Shown: positions 1-9,502 of the stretch, in pieces | Position numbering within the stretch: position 1 is the stretch's first letter | Layout: the number at the start of each line of letters is the position of its first letter | Virus record (IMG/VR): IMGVR_UViG_3300028804_000002 | Span: 1-64,000 of that record | Source of the DNA: a virus | Lineage: Duplodnaviria > Caudoviricetes | Length of the DNA stretch: 64,000 nt | Direction: 5' to 3' (one strand) | Program-made: the position numbers and the translations under genes | Notes under the pieces: model-generated | Told to the model about the DNA's origin: nothing | The model's database searches: none | Seen by the model: only the letters and a program-made list of their open reading frames with translations

Positions 1-1
1 T

Positions 2-418
2 CCTACATTAGTCAACTCAGTTATGGGTCCTTTATTTAGAAGGGTAACAAGTATAGATGGAACAGAAGATTTAACAGAAATAACTCCATTTGAATGGAAT
101 AGAAAAATAGAAGATACTAATTTTAAATATAATAAATATTACTATTATTTTTATAGCGATGGTTATCTTTATTTTCCAAATATACAGTGGAAAAAAATTA
201 AAATCGAAGGTTATTTTGATGATGATATAGAAGATATAAACTGTGCGTGTGAAGATACAGAAATAGGTTGTACTAGTATGTTAGATAAAGAATTTAGAAT
301 ACCTGAATATATATTAACATTGTGTATAGATAATGTTAATAAAGAACTTTTTAATTATTATCAAAGAATACCTCAAGATGACGATGATATAAATAAAAAT
401 ACAAATCGTAAGAACTAA
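2..418 (+). CDS. Tail ring/tubular-type structural protein, 5'-truncated by the window edge
   Basis: Frame is open from position 2 through the ATG at 23. Its stop overlaps the next start (TAATG at 416-420). It lies two genes upstream of the muzzle-type gene, as in crAss-like tail modules. Confidence 0.5.
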   Translation, partial: PTLVNSVMGPLFRRVTSIDGTEDLTEITPFEWNRKIEDTNFKYNKYYYYFYSDGYLYFPNIQWKKIKIEGYFDDDIEDINCACEDTEIGCTSMLDKEFRIPEYILTLCIDNVNKELFNYYQRIPQDDDDINKNTNRKN

Positions 419-1293
419 TGGAATTACAATATAAAACATTTAATCAATTAATGTCATCAGTATCGTCGGATCTAAGTAAATATGCTGATGAAGGTATGAT
501 TGATGATATACTCTATATAAAAGAGGCAAGAAAAGTAAATGCAGAATTAGGACTTAAAATAAATAAAGAAAAAGAAATAATATTAGATGTAGTTAATTAT
601 AAGGCATGTTTGCCCGACGATTTCCAATATCTCCAATTGGCATTAGCCTGCTCAGTTTCTTATGTTACTGTACCAAAAATCCAAGGTGTACATACAGAAG
701 ATAAAGTAATTCCTCTTAAAAACTTATGCAGTGAGTGCGGGCAAACTCCTTGTAATTGTAAGATTGAATTCAAGGCCTGTAATGGTTATAAATATGTAGC
801 TCAAACAGTAGGTATAAAAACTTATAAACATGAAAATTTAGATTTAATATCACTTACAAAAGCATCATATAAATTTTGTTCCGATTCTTGTTTAAATTTA
901 GGTTTTAAATCTCCTAATGTAATGAATATTATGGGAGAAGAAGCAACTTTTTCTTTTAGATCAGGTAAAGTATATCTGAATTATTTATCAGATATGGTAG
1001 ATGATGCAGGTAATTATTTAATTCTAGATCATCCACTTACCAATGATTATTATGAATATGCTATAAAAAAGAAAATACTTGAAAATTTTAAACTAAATAA
1101 AGATGCTGATGTAGCACAGGATTTACAATATGTAATTACTCAATTAAGAGATGCAAGAACAAGAGCAATTAGTATTGTTAATATGCCAGAATATGATGAG
1201 ATAAATGAATATTTTGCTAGAAATAGAAGAAGATTTTATAATGATTATGTGAAATACTTTGATAACAAAGAAAGCGGATATTATCAACTATGA
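418..1293 (+). CDS. crAss-like tail ring (tubular) protein
   Basis: 291 aa with 'YKACLPDDF' and 'SFRSGKVYLNYLS..D..G..LILDHP' patterns resembling crAss-like ring proteins, a Cys-rich insert, and synteny before the muzzle. Confidence 0.6.
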   Translation: MELQYKTFNQLMSSVSSDLSKYADEGMIDDILYIKEARKVNAELGLKINKEKEIILDVVNYKACLPDDFQYLQLALACSVSYVTVPKIQGVHTEDKVIPLKNLCSECGQTPCNCKIEFKACNGYKYVAQTVGIKTYKHENLDLISLTKASYKFCSDSCLNLGFKSPNVMNIMGEEATFSFRSGKVYLNYLSDMVDDAGNYLILDHPLTNDYYEYAIKKKILENFKLNKDADVAQDLQYVITQLRDARTRAISIVNMPEYDEINEYFARNRRRFYNDYVKYFDNKESGYYQL

Positions 1294-1784
1294 TATTAAA
1301 TATAAAAGAAGCAATTTGTAAAGAAACTGTTGATAAAATAACAATAGCAATAAATAATTTACAACCTAAAGAAAAATTATTTATCTATTTTTCTAGTGAA
1401 GGAGGAGATGTAGATTCTGGAGAAGCAATTATAAGTATTATAAACAATAATGTAGATTTAATAGAGCTTGCAGGATATGGAGATATAATGAGTTGTGGTT
1501 TTGATATATTTTTTAGATCTAAATGTAATAAAATACTTTTACCAGGAGTTATTGGAATGTATCATCAAGGAACTATAACAGTTACTATGAATGAATCAGA
1601 AAAAATACATCAAACTAGAGATAAAGCAGATAAAGAATGGGCAAGTTTACAAAAAATACAAACAATTAAACTATGCAATCTTTTGAAAATGACAGATAAA
1701 GAAATAAATCAAATTAAAAGAGGTAGAGATGTCTATTTTCAATATCCAAGAATGCTGGATTTTTTAAATACACAACAAAAATAA
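1290..1784 (+). CDS. ClpP-like serine protease
   Basis: ClpP motifs 'YFSSEGGDV', 'IMSCG' (catalytic Ser), 'MYHQ' (His) and 'RDVYF' (Asp). Confidence 0.75.
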   Translation: MILNIKEAICKETVDKITIAINNLQPKEKLFIYFSSEGGDVDSGEAIISIINNNVDLIELAGYGDIMSCGFDIFFRSKCNKILLPGVIGMYHQGTITVTMNESEKIHQTRDKADKEWASLQKIQTIKLCNLLKMTDKEINQIKRGRDVYFQYPRMLDFLNTQQK

Positions 1785-4700
1785 TTGGAAAATTTAACTA
1801 ATATATATACAAATACTCCTATAAAAGGATTAGTTACAGATTTAGATGATAGTCTAATTTCTAAAGATTTGTGGACTCATATGCGTAATGGTACTACAAG
1901 TTCACACAAAGGTAATCAGCAATTTTTACAAAATGAACCAGCAAATTTATTTTGTTTAACTCTTCCATTAACTCCTATAGGATTTATAAAAATACTTAAC
2001 AATCGCTGGGTAGTGTTTAGTACAGATAATACTGATTCAGAAATAGGTATTTTTGATGAGAGTAAATGTACTTATACTAAAGTAGTTAATGATCCATGTT
2101 TAAATTTTAATACATCATTTCTTATAAGAGGAGCTTTTAAAGAATCATTCGATCAAACAGAATCTATTTATTGGACAGATTCTGGAAGAAACCCTCGTAG
2201 AAAATTAAATCTTTCTAAAATACCATATAAAATAAAGAAAATTAAAGATGACGCTTGTAAAACTAAAGAATTTACAGAAGATTTAGATTGTGATGCTCTT
2301 CTTATGACTCCTAAATTAGATGTTCCATGTATAAATGTAAGATTAGGAGCTGGAGGCAATTTAAAAAATGGATCATATCAATTTGGTATAGCTTATACTA
2401 TAAATCAACAAAGAGTAAGTGAATTTTATTCTATAACTAATCCTGAAGCTATTTGGTCTCATAATAATACAGGTCAAAGTATGGTTTTAGATATAGATGG
2501 AATAGATAGAGATTTTCCAGAATATGAACTTATAGTTATATATACTCAACTTGGAATAACAACGGCTAAAAGAATAGGATTTTTTAATACATCTAATAAT
2601 AGACATTCAATAACTTCAGTTGATAAACCAGAATATATAAATATTCCAATTGAAGAAATAATAACAAAAAGACCTTATTATTATGCTGCGGATGATGTAG
2701 TATCTAATGATCAGTATATATTATGGTCTGGAGTTACATCTAAACCTGAACTTAATTATCAAAAGAAAGCTCTCGATATAAAAACTAAGTGGGTTCTTTA
2801 TCAGGTTCCATCAGATTATTATTCTAGAGGAGGTAATAAAAAAGGTTATTATAGAGGAGAAGTATATACATTTGGTATTCAATGGTTATATAATACTGGA
2901 GAATGGTCTAGTGCATTTCATATACCAGGAAGAAAGCCAGAAGGAGCAGAAACTAATGATGCTACTGGTACAGATGTATATGAGATTAGTATAAAAGATT
3001 GTGAAGTAGATACTAAAATTAGAAACTTTGAAGTATATGATACTTCTAAAAAAACTAAAACGATTAATGATAATAAAGAATGTAATGAGAAGATAATTAC
3101 TGAAGGTACAATGAGTTATTGGGAAAGTACAGATCTTTATCCTGATAATAAGATTATGTTTGGTGATTTAGCTTGTAAACCAATAAGACATCATAAATTT
3201 CCAGATGAATGTCATGCTCCTCGTTATGAAAAAGGTGGTCAATTTATTAATATTCTTGGAGTTAAGTTTGAAAATATAGAACATCCTAAAGATGATAAAG
3301 GAGTAGAAATAGATTCTATTGTTGGTTATAGAATAGTGAGAGGAGATCGTAAAGGTAATCGTTCTATTATATCTAAAGGTATATTTAAAAATGTTAGAAG
3401 TTATAATGAAACTATTAATGAACAAAGTGATACTACTGAGGTATTATATCAGAATTATCCTTACAATGATTTAAGACCAGATCCATTTATATCTTCTTTC
3501 CAAACTTATTTTAAAAAGCAAGAAAAAAATTTTAGACCTCTTAGTAATTATAAAAAAGATCAATTTACTTTTTATTCTCCAGAGACTTTATTTAATAAAG
3601 TATCTTTAGGAGATGAATTTATTTTGGATACTGAAGAAATTGGAACAGTTACTACTGGATTTGAAGAAGTATATAATCATCCAAGAGGTAAAGCTCTTAA
3701 CAATTCAATATTTTGGTTAGCAATAGCGGTTGGTGCTATTGATGGTGTACTTTCACTTTTTGGAAAGAAATGTGTTACTACAGTAAAAGATGGTACTATT
3801 AAGTTTGCAACAACAGTTGGTGAAGTTAATTATGAAACAACAACTATAAATTATGCTGGTACTGGTCATAAGTTAGTTCAAGATTGTGAAGGTCTTATTA
3901 ATGGATTAAATGTAAGAGATATATTAGCTTTACCTAATGCTGCAGAAAAAGTAGCTAAACTTGCTTTAAAAGTATTACAAACAGCAGTATCAGTTGGTAT
4001 GGCTGCTTATTTTGCATTAAATACTGCGAATGAAATTATAAAAACTATACAAGAATTTCAACCTTATAGAAAATATGCTTTACAAGTAAATAGTTATTGT
4101 TTATTTAATGATTTTAAATGTGTAGAAAGAAATTTTCGTAGAAAACATATTGATTATTATCAATACCTTTATGATGGTATAAATACTGTAAATGGTTTAA
4201 CTTTTAATAATTTTAAAAGAGAGGATGCGGTATATATAAAACTTAATTCAGATGTAAGAGATCCTAAAACAAAAGATACATCTAAGAAAACAATGAGTGA
4301 AGCTGGAATATGTGGTACTCCATTTAAAAAATTTCAAAATAAAGCTTCTGTATATTATGGTACAATAAAAAGAAGAATAACTAATCAATATGGTCAGATA
4401 GATTCTATAAGATATCTTGATACTGGTTATTGTATTAATAGATTAGTAGATGTTTCGGCTACTGGATCTAGAAATAGAGTATATAAAACAGATGTAGTAT
4501 TTGGTGGAGATACGTTTATATCAAAAATGTCAATAAAGAGTTCTCATCAATATTTTAGTCAAAATATAGCCAATCAAAATTTTCCAGATGGAACTGAATA
4601 TGACTATACTCTTTATAGAAATATAGGATATCCTAGATTCTGGTTTGATAGTACACAATATGATGTTGGAGAATTATTAGTAGTAGGTAAAGTTCCAAAT

Positions 4701-6431
4701 AAATTACCACAAAATAGATATAATTTTGATTGTGGTAAAACAGAAAGATCTAATAATAAACTTACATTTGATAATAAATTAGGATATTTTTATTTATCTA
4801 ATAATGGAGTACTTGAATTTTTTGTAGAATCAGAATATAATTTAGATTATAGAGATTATAAAAACGAAATTCAAAACTTCTTTTCTAAAACTTATAGTAA
4901 TCTTCATGATTTGTTTAGAAGTGATAGATTAGATACTCCAGAAGAGTTTATCTATGATGAATCATATTCTAAAGAACTTACAGAAAATGCTATATTTCAA
5001 CAGGCAATAGATTATGATCCACTTGTAAATTACTATACTTATTATAAAAATAGGGTAATATATTCTTTACCAGCTTTTAAGGATCAAAAAAGCGACAATT
5101 GGTTAACATATCTTACTAATAATTATTATGATTTTCCACTTGCTGAATATGGTAATTTAACCGGTATGCATGGTGTAGATAATCAACAAATAATGTTTTT
5201 ATTTGATAAATCAGCTCCTTATATAACTATAGGTAGAGATGAACTTCAATTAGATGGTACTGGAACTAAAGTAACAATTGGTGATGGAGGATTATTTGCA
5301 AGAGAACCCAGACCACTTCTTTATACGGATTATTACTATGGTAATTCACAAAGTAGATGGGCATTTGTAAATACACAATTTGGATCATTTTATCCATCTC
5401 AAAGACAAGGTAGAGTATTTAAATATACTGGAAAGATGGAAGAAATATCTAGACAAGGTATGCATTTTTGGTTTAAAGAATTTTTACCTAGTAAATTACT
5501 TGAACAATTTCCAGATTTTAAAGATAAAGATAATCCAGTAGTAGGAGTAGGATTAACTAGTGTATTTGATAATAGTAAACAAGTATATTATTTAACAAAA
5601 AAAGATTATAAATTAAAGGATCAGTATATTGGATTAATAACATATGATCCTATAGAAAATAAATTTAGTGGTAGAGCTAAGCTTAGTGATCCTAAGTATT
5701 TTGATGATATATCTTGGACTATAAGTTATGATCCAGCAGCAAATCAAGGAGAAGGTGGATTCATTAGTTGGCATGATTGGCATCCAAATTGGACTATACA
5801 AGGAGAAAATCATTTTATGGTAGTTAAAGATAAATCTATATGGAAACATAATATACGTTGCGATTTATTTTGTAATTTTTTTGGAGTAGATTATCCATTT
5901 GAAATAGAATATCTTATTAATAATGGAAAAACTGTTCAAACATTAAGAAGTATAGAATATGTACTAGAAACCGGTAAATATTTTCAAGATTGTAGATTTT
6001 TTCATCAAATACTTGATGATAATTTTGATGAATTAGTTATTCATAATCTTGAACAAAATAGTGATATTCTTAAAATGAATTTAGGCGAAAAAAGAACAAT
6101 GTCAGAAGCTTTAGAATATCCTAAACTTATTAATGGACAATGGAATATTAAATACGATAAAGAAGAACAAAAAATATCAGTACAACAATTTTGGGATTTA
6201 ACTAAAGATAGAGGTGAATTCAGTGGTAATAATTTTCCATTATGGCAGATACATGCAAATGGATATATTAAAACACCAGAATCAAGATCTATCAATGTTA
6301 ATAAATCTCAATTTCAACGTAAAAAATTTAGAAATCTTTGGCATAAAGTTTTTCTTCGTAAAAATATTTCTAATGATCGTAAATATATATTTAAATTTGG
6401 AGATACTTCTCAAACCTTATCTCCTAGATAA
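1785..6431 (+). CDS. Tail stabilization/muzzle protein (crAss-like; P22 gp10 analogue)
   Basis: 1548 aa with TTG start. 'KGLVTD', 'YWTD..NPRR', 'GYRIVRGDR', 'FGGDTFI', 'WTISY' and 'ISWHDWHP' patterns are typical of crAss muzzle proteins. It precedes the cargo genes. Confidence 0.75.
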   Translation: MENLTNIYTNTPIKGLVTDLDDSLISKDLWTHMRNGTTSSHKGNQQFLQNEPANLFCLTLPLTPIGFIKILNNRWVVFSTDNTDSEIGIFDESKCTYTKVVNDPCLNFNTSFLIRGAFKESFDQTESIYWTDSGRNPRRKLNLSKIPYKIKKIKDDACKTKEFTEDLDCDALLMTPKLDVPCINVRLGAGGNLKNGSYQFGIAYTINQQRVSEFYSITNPEAIWSHNNTGQSMVLDIDGIDRDFPEYELIVIYTQLGITTAKRIGFFNTSNNRHSITSVDKPEYINIPIEEIITKRPYYYAADDVVSNDQYILWSGVTSKPELNYQKKALDIKTKWVLYQVPSDYYSRGGNKKGYYRGEVYTFGIQWLYNTGEWSSAFHIPGRKPEGAETNDATGTDVYEISIKDCEVDTKIRNFEVYDTSKKTKTINDNKECNEKIITEGTMSYWESTDLYPDNKIMFGDLACKPIRHHKFPDECHAPRYEKGGQFINILGVKFENIEHPKDDKGVEIDSIVGYRIVRGDRKGNRSIISKGIFKNVRSYNETINEQSDTTEVLYQNYPYNDLRPDPFISSFQTYFKKQEKNFRPLSNYKKDQFTFYSPETLFNKVSLGDEFILDTEEIGTVTTGFEEVYNHPRGKALNNSIFWLAIAVGAIDGVLSLFGKKCVTTVKDGTIKFATTVGEVNYETTTINYAGTGHKLVQDCEGLINGLNVRDILALPNAAEKVAKLALKVLQTAVSVGMAAYFALNTANEIIKTIQEFQPYRKYALQVNSYCLFNDFKCVERNFRRKHIDYYQYLYDGINTVNGLTFNNFKREDAVYIKLNSDVRDPKTKDTSKKTMSEAGICGTPFKKFQNKASVYYGTIKRRITNQYGQIDSIRYLDTGYCINRLVDVSATGSRNRVYKTDVVFGGDTFISKMSIKSSHQYFSQNIANQNFPDGTEYDYTLYRNIGYPRFWFDSTQYDVGELLVVGKVPNKLPQNRYNFDCGKTERSNNKLTFDNKLGYFYLSNNGVLEFFVESEYNLDYRDYKNEIQNFFSKTYSNLHDLFRSDRLDTPEEFIYDESYSKELTENAIFQQAIDYDPLVNYYTYYKNRVIYSLPAFKDQKSDNWLTYLTNNYYDFPLAEYGNLTGMHGVDNQQIMFLFDKSAPYITIGRDELQLDGTGTKVTIGDGGLFAREPRPLLYTDYYYGNSQSRWAFVNTQFGSFYPSQRQGRVFKYTGKMEEISRQGMHFWFKEFLPSKLLEQFPDFKDKDNPVVGVGLTSVFDNSKQVYYLTKKDYKLKDQYIGLITYDPIENKFSGRAKLSDPKYFDDISWTISYDPAANQGEGGFISWHDWHPNWTIQGENHFMVVKDKSIWKHNIRCDLFCNFFGVDYPFEIEYLINNGKTVQTLRSIEYVLETGKYFQDCRFFHQILDDNFDELVIHNLEQNSDILKMNLGEKRTMSEALEYPKLINGQWNIKYDKEEQKISVQQFWDLTKDRGEFSGNNFPLWQIHANGYIKTPESRSINVNKSQFQRKKFRNLWHKVFLRKNISNDRKYIFKFGDTSQTLSPR

Positions 6432-6433
6432 TT

Positions 6434-8884
6434 ATGAAAAGAAAATTAAAAAAATGTCAGGAAGGTGGTCCTGGTCCATTATGGTTACTTCCAGGAAAAC
6501 AAAATTCTTCACAATTTAATATACAATGTCCGGAAGGATATCATTGGTCTACCTTTGAAGGTAAGTGTGTGCCTGATTTAATTCAATCACAAAATCCAAC
6601 AGATAATTATTTAGGAAATCTAGATCCTAAACCAATCAGAACTATAAAGAAATCTGATATAGCTCCAAGAGTTGGAGATAATACTATATGGGAGACTCCT
6701 GGAGATATAAATGGTAACAAACCTCAACCTCCAGTAAATCCAACTCCAGGTGTTCCAGTAGATCCAAAACAAATAGATACTGGATCAAATGAAAATGGTG
6801 GTAATTTAAATAATACAGTTACTTCAAATCAACCACAATTTCAATTTAAAACAAAAGCTACATTTGGTAATATAGATTATGGATATCGTTCATTATCTAA
6901 TTCTATACAAGGTATAGCTGCATTTTTTAGAGAAAAACATAATAGAGCTGGGCAAAGAAAATATTATGAAAATCAATTTAATCCATTAACTTATATACCA
7001 TATACTGGTAATACCAGTGAACAAAATCAATTTGGAATGGATTATTTTAAAAAAGGAGGAAAATATAAATATCCAGATGGTGGACAAACCTATAAAGGTA
7101 AACAAAAAGGTTTTGATAAAGATATAGTTTATATAGATAAAGGTAAAGGTAAATTATATTTTTATGATGACAAAGGTAATCTTCAAGAAAAAGAAGCTCT
7201 TACTGGTAAAAATAGAAAAGGTCATCTATTAAATCCATATAATAAAATAGATACTTTTTCTGAAAATCAAAAAGATACTGATAAAATAACTCCAATTGGA
7301 ATGTTTCCATTATCAAAAGTAAGAAATATTTATGGCAATCCTGGATTAGATATTCTTGGTACAATAGATAAAAAGGGTCAAGGAATAGCTATACATTCTA
7401 CTTACGATCCTGGATATAGAAATCAATTTTATTATAATAATAATTCTGAAGATAATGCTCAGTCTTATGGTTGTATAAATTGTAATAAAACAGAAAGTGA
7501 TAAGATAGCAAAAATGTATGCAAATAAGAAAGTTTATATTTATGATAGTAATCTTTCAGATGAAGAGAATCAAAAATATAATGTTGTAAATAATCTTATT
7601 GCGGAAGATAATTCTTTGTATAATAAACTAGCTAATACTTTTAATAAATCAAAAGTTATTTCTTATAGAAAAAGTAATGATGGTAAACTTTATAGTACAA
7701 AAGGATCTTATGATCCAGTTACAGAAACAATGATACCAAATAATGATTTAAAAGAAGTAGTAGTTAGATCTAGTAAAACTAAACAGATACCTAAATCTAT
7801 AATAGAGAAACAAGAACAAATACAAAATAATGTAGTTACTCAACCAAATGAAATAACTCCTATAAAAAAATCATCTGTAATTTCAGTAAAATCTGACATA
7901 AAAAATCCATCTATAGTTGACTTTCTTAATTCTTCTGGACTTAATTCAACTTTTAAAGAAAGATCTAAATTAGCTAAGGTAAGAGGTATAGAAAATTATA
8001 AAGGTACGGCAGATCAAAATTTGAAATTGCTTGCAATGTTAAGATCTGAAACTCTTAATACCAATGATATTCCTGCATCTAGAAAAATGAAAGATGGTGG
8101 TTGGATAAAAGAAGCAATTAATCCTGCTCATAAAGGATATTGTACTCCTATGACTAAATCTACTTGTACTCCTCATAGAAAAGCATTTGCAATAAGAGCT
8201 AAAAATCATTTCAAAGAAGACGGAGGTCCAGTAAATTTTGATGAAGAATTTGAAAATGAAATATTTGGTGAACCAGTAGTAGATAAAAGAGTACCTCAAG
8301 AAGAACCTGAAGTAACTCAAGAATCTACTCCAGAACAAGATAACTGGACAGACGAATATTTAATGGAAGATCAACAAAGATATAGAAGTAAAAGTTTAAA
8401 TGAAGATGGAGATACACCAGATATAATTCAAGCATTTAAAAATGGTATATCCAATGTAGAATCTGGCGGAGATTATTATGCTCAAGCTAAAGGATCTTCA
8501 GCATATGGTAAATATCAATTTACTAAAGGTACTCTTGAACAAGTAAGAAAACAATTTTATCCACAAATTGGATCAAAAGAATTTGAAAATGCTTACAAAA
8601 CAGATCCAGAATTTCAAGAAAAAATAATGGATACTTATTCTAAATATCTATTATCAACTTCTAACACTCCTCAAGAAGCTGCTTTGAAGCACTTTTTGGG
8701 TGAAGCTGGAGTTAAAAAAGCCATTAATCCTACTTATAATCCTGGAGGAGTAAATATGAATGTAGGTGCTTATATAAATAAATTTAATAAAGGATTTAAA
8801 TATGAACAAGGTGGAGAATATGAAGTAGATGAACAAACAATTCAAGAATTAAAAAACCAAGGATATGATATTGAAATTATGTAA
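6434..8884 (+). CDS. Virion cargo protein with L,D-transpeptidase(YkuD)-like, DUF3597-like and lysozyme/lytic-transglycosylase-like domains
   Basis: 'TPIG.F...IAIH...SYGCIN' (YkuD-like); 'SIVDFLNS.GLNSTFKERSKLA...GIENYKGTADQNLKLL' (DUF3597-like); 'ISNVESGGDY...SSAYGKYQF' (lysozyme-like fold). Confidence 0.7.
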   Translation: MKRKLKKCQEGGPGPLWLLPGKQNSSQFNIQCPEGYHWSTFEGKCVPDLIQSQNPTDNYLGNLDPKPIRTIKKSDIAPRVGDNTIWETPGDINGNKPQPPVNPTPGVPVDPKQIDTGSNENGGNLNNTVTSNQPQFQFKTKATFGNIDYGYRSLSNSIQGIAAFFREKHNRAGQRKYYENQFNPLTYIPYTGNTSEQNQFGMDYFKKGGKYKYPDGGQTYKGKQKGFDKDIVYIDKGKGKLYFYDDKGNLQEKEALTGKNRKGHLLNPYNKIDTFSENQKDTDKITPIGMFPLSKVRNIYGNPGLDILGTIDKKGQGIAIHSTYDPGYRNQFYYNNNSEDNAQSYGCINCNKTESDKIAKMYANKKVYIYDSNLSDEENQKYNVVNNLIAEDNSLYNKLANTFNKSKVISYRKSNDGKLYSTKGSYDPVTETMIPNNDLKEVVVRSSKTKQIPKSIIEKQEQIQNNVVTQPNEITPIKKSSVISVKSDIKNPSIVDFLNSSGLNSTFKERSKLAKVRGIENYKGTADQNLKLLAMLRSETLNTNDIPASRKMKDGGWIKEAINPAHKGYCTPMTKSTCTPHRKAFAIRAKNHFKEDGGPVNFDEEFENEIFGEPVVDKRVPQEEPEVTQESTPEQDNWTDEYLMEDQQRYRSKSLNEDGDTPDIIQAFKNGISNVESGGDYYAQAKGSSAYGKYQFTKGTLEQVRKQFYPQIGSKEFENAYKTDPEFQEKIMDTYSKYLLSTSNTPQEAALKHFLGEAGVKKAINPTYNPGGVNMNVGAYINKFNKGFKYEQGGEYEVDEQTIQELKNQGYDIEIM

Positions 8885-9500
8885 AATTTGTAATAAAGAA
8901 TATTATTCTTCTGATTCAAAGAATTCAAATGTATGTAGTTTAGAATGTAGAAAACTATATAGTAATTCGTATGGTAAATTCGGATTACCACAAAGAAATG
9001 AAGAAAACTTACTTTTATGTTATAATTGTTTAGAATATAAAAAAGATGAGGAGTTTTGGAATCATAAGAATAAACATATTCCAGAATCTAGAAATGGAAA
9101 AAATACAACTTGTGGTTCTTGTAATAAATACAAAAATAATTTACTTAGAGATGAAAAGAAAGAAACATTAGATGGTATTTTAAAAAATAGATTAAATATT
9201 GCAAAGTATAGTTCAAAAAAGAGAAATATATATTTTGATAATGAATTAGATATAAAATATCTTAAAAATATATATGATGAACAAGATGGTAAATGTGCTC
9301 TTTCAGGAGAAATATTAGAATTTGGAAAATGGGATAATAAAACACTATCAATTGACAGAATAGATTCTAATTTAGGTTATTCTAAAGGTAATATTCAATT
9401 AGTTTGTTGGATTATTAATCATATGAAAGTTAATCTAGAACAAAATGAATTTATAAATTGGTGTAATAAAATATCAGAAAAACAATTAATAAGTATATAA
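8865..9500 (+). mobile_element. Free-standing HNH-type homing endonuclease
   Basis: CxxC zinc motifs and 'GKCALSG...LSIDRIDSNLGYSKGNIQLVCWIINHMK' beta-beta-alpha-Me core. Overlaps the upstream gene. Confidence 0.8.
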
Positions 9501-9502
9501 TA

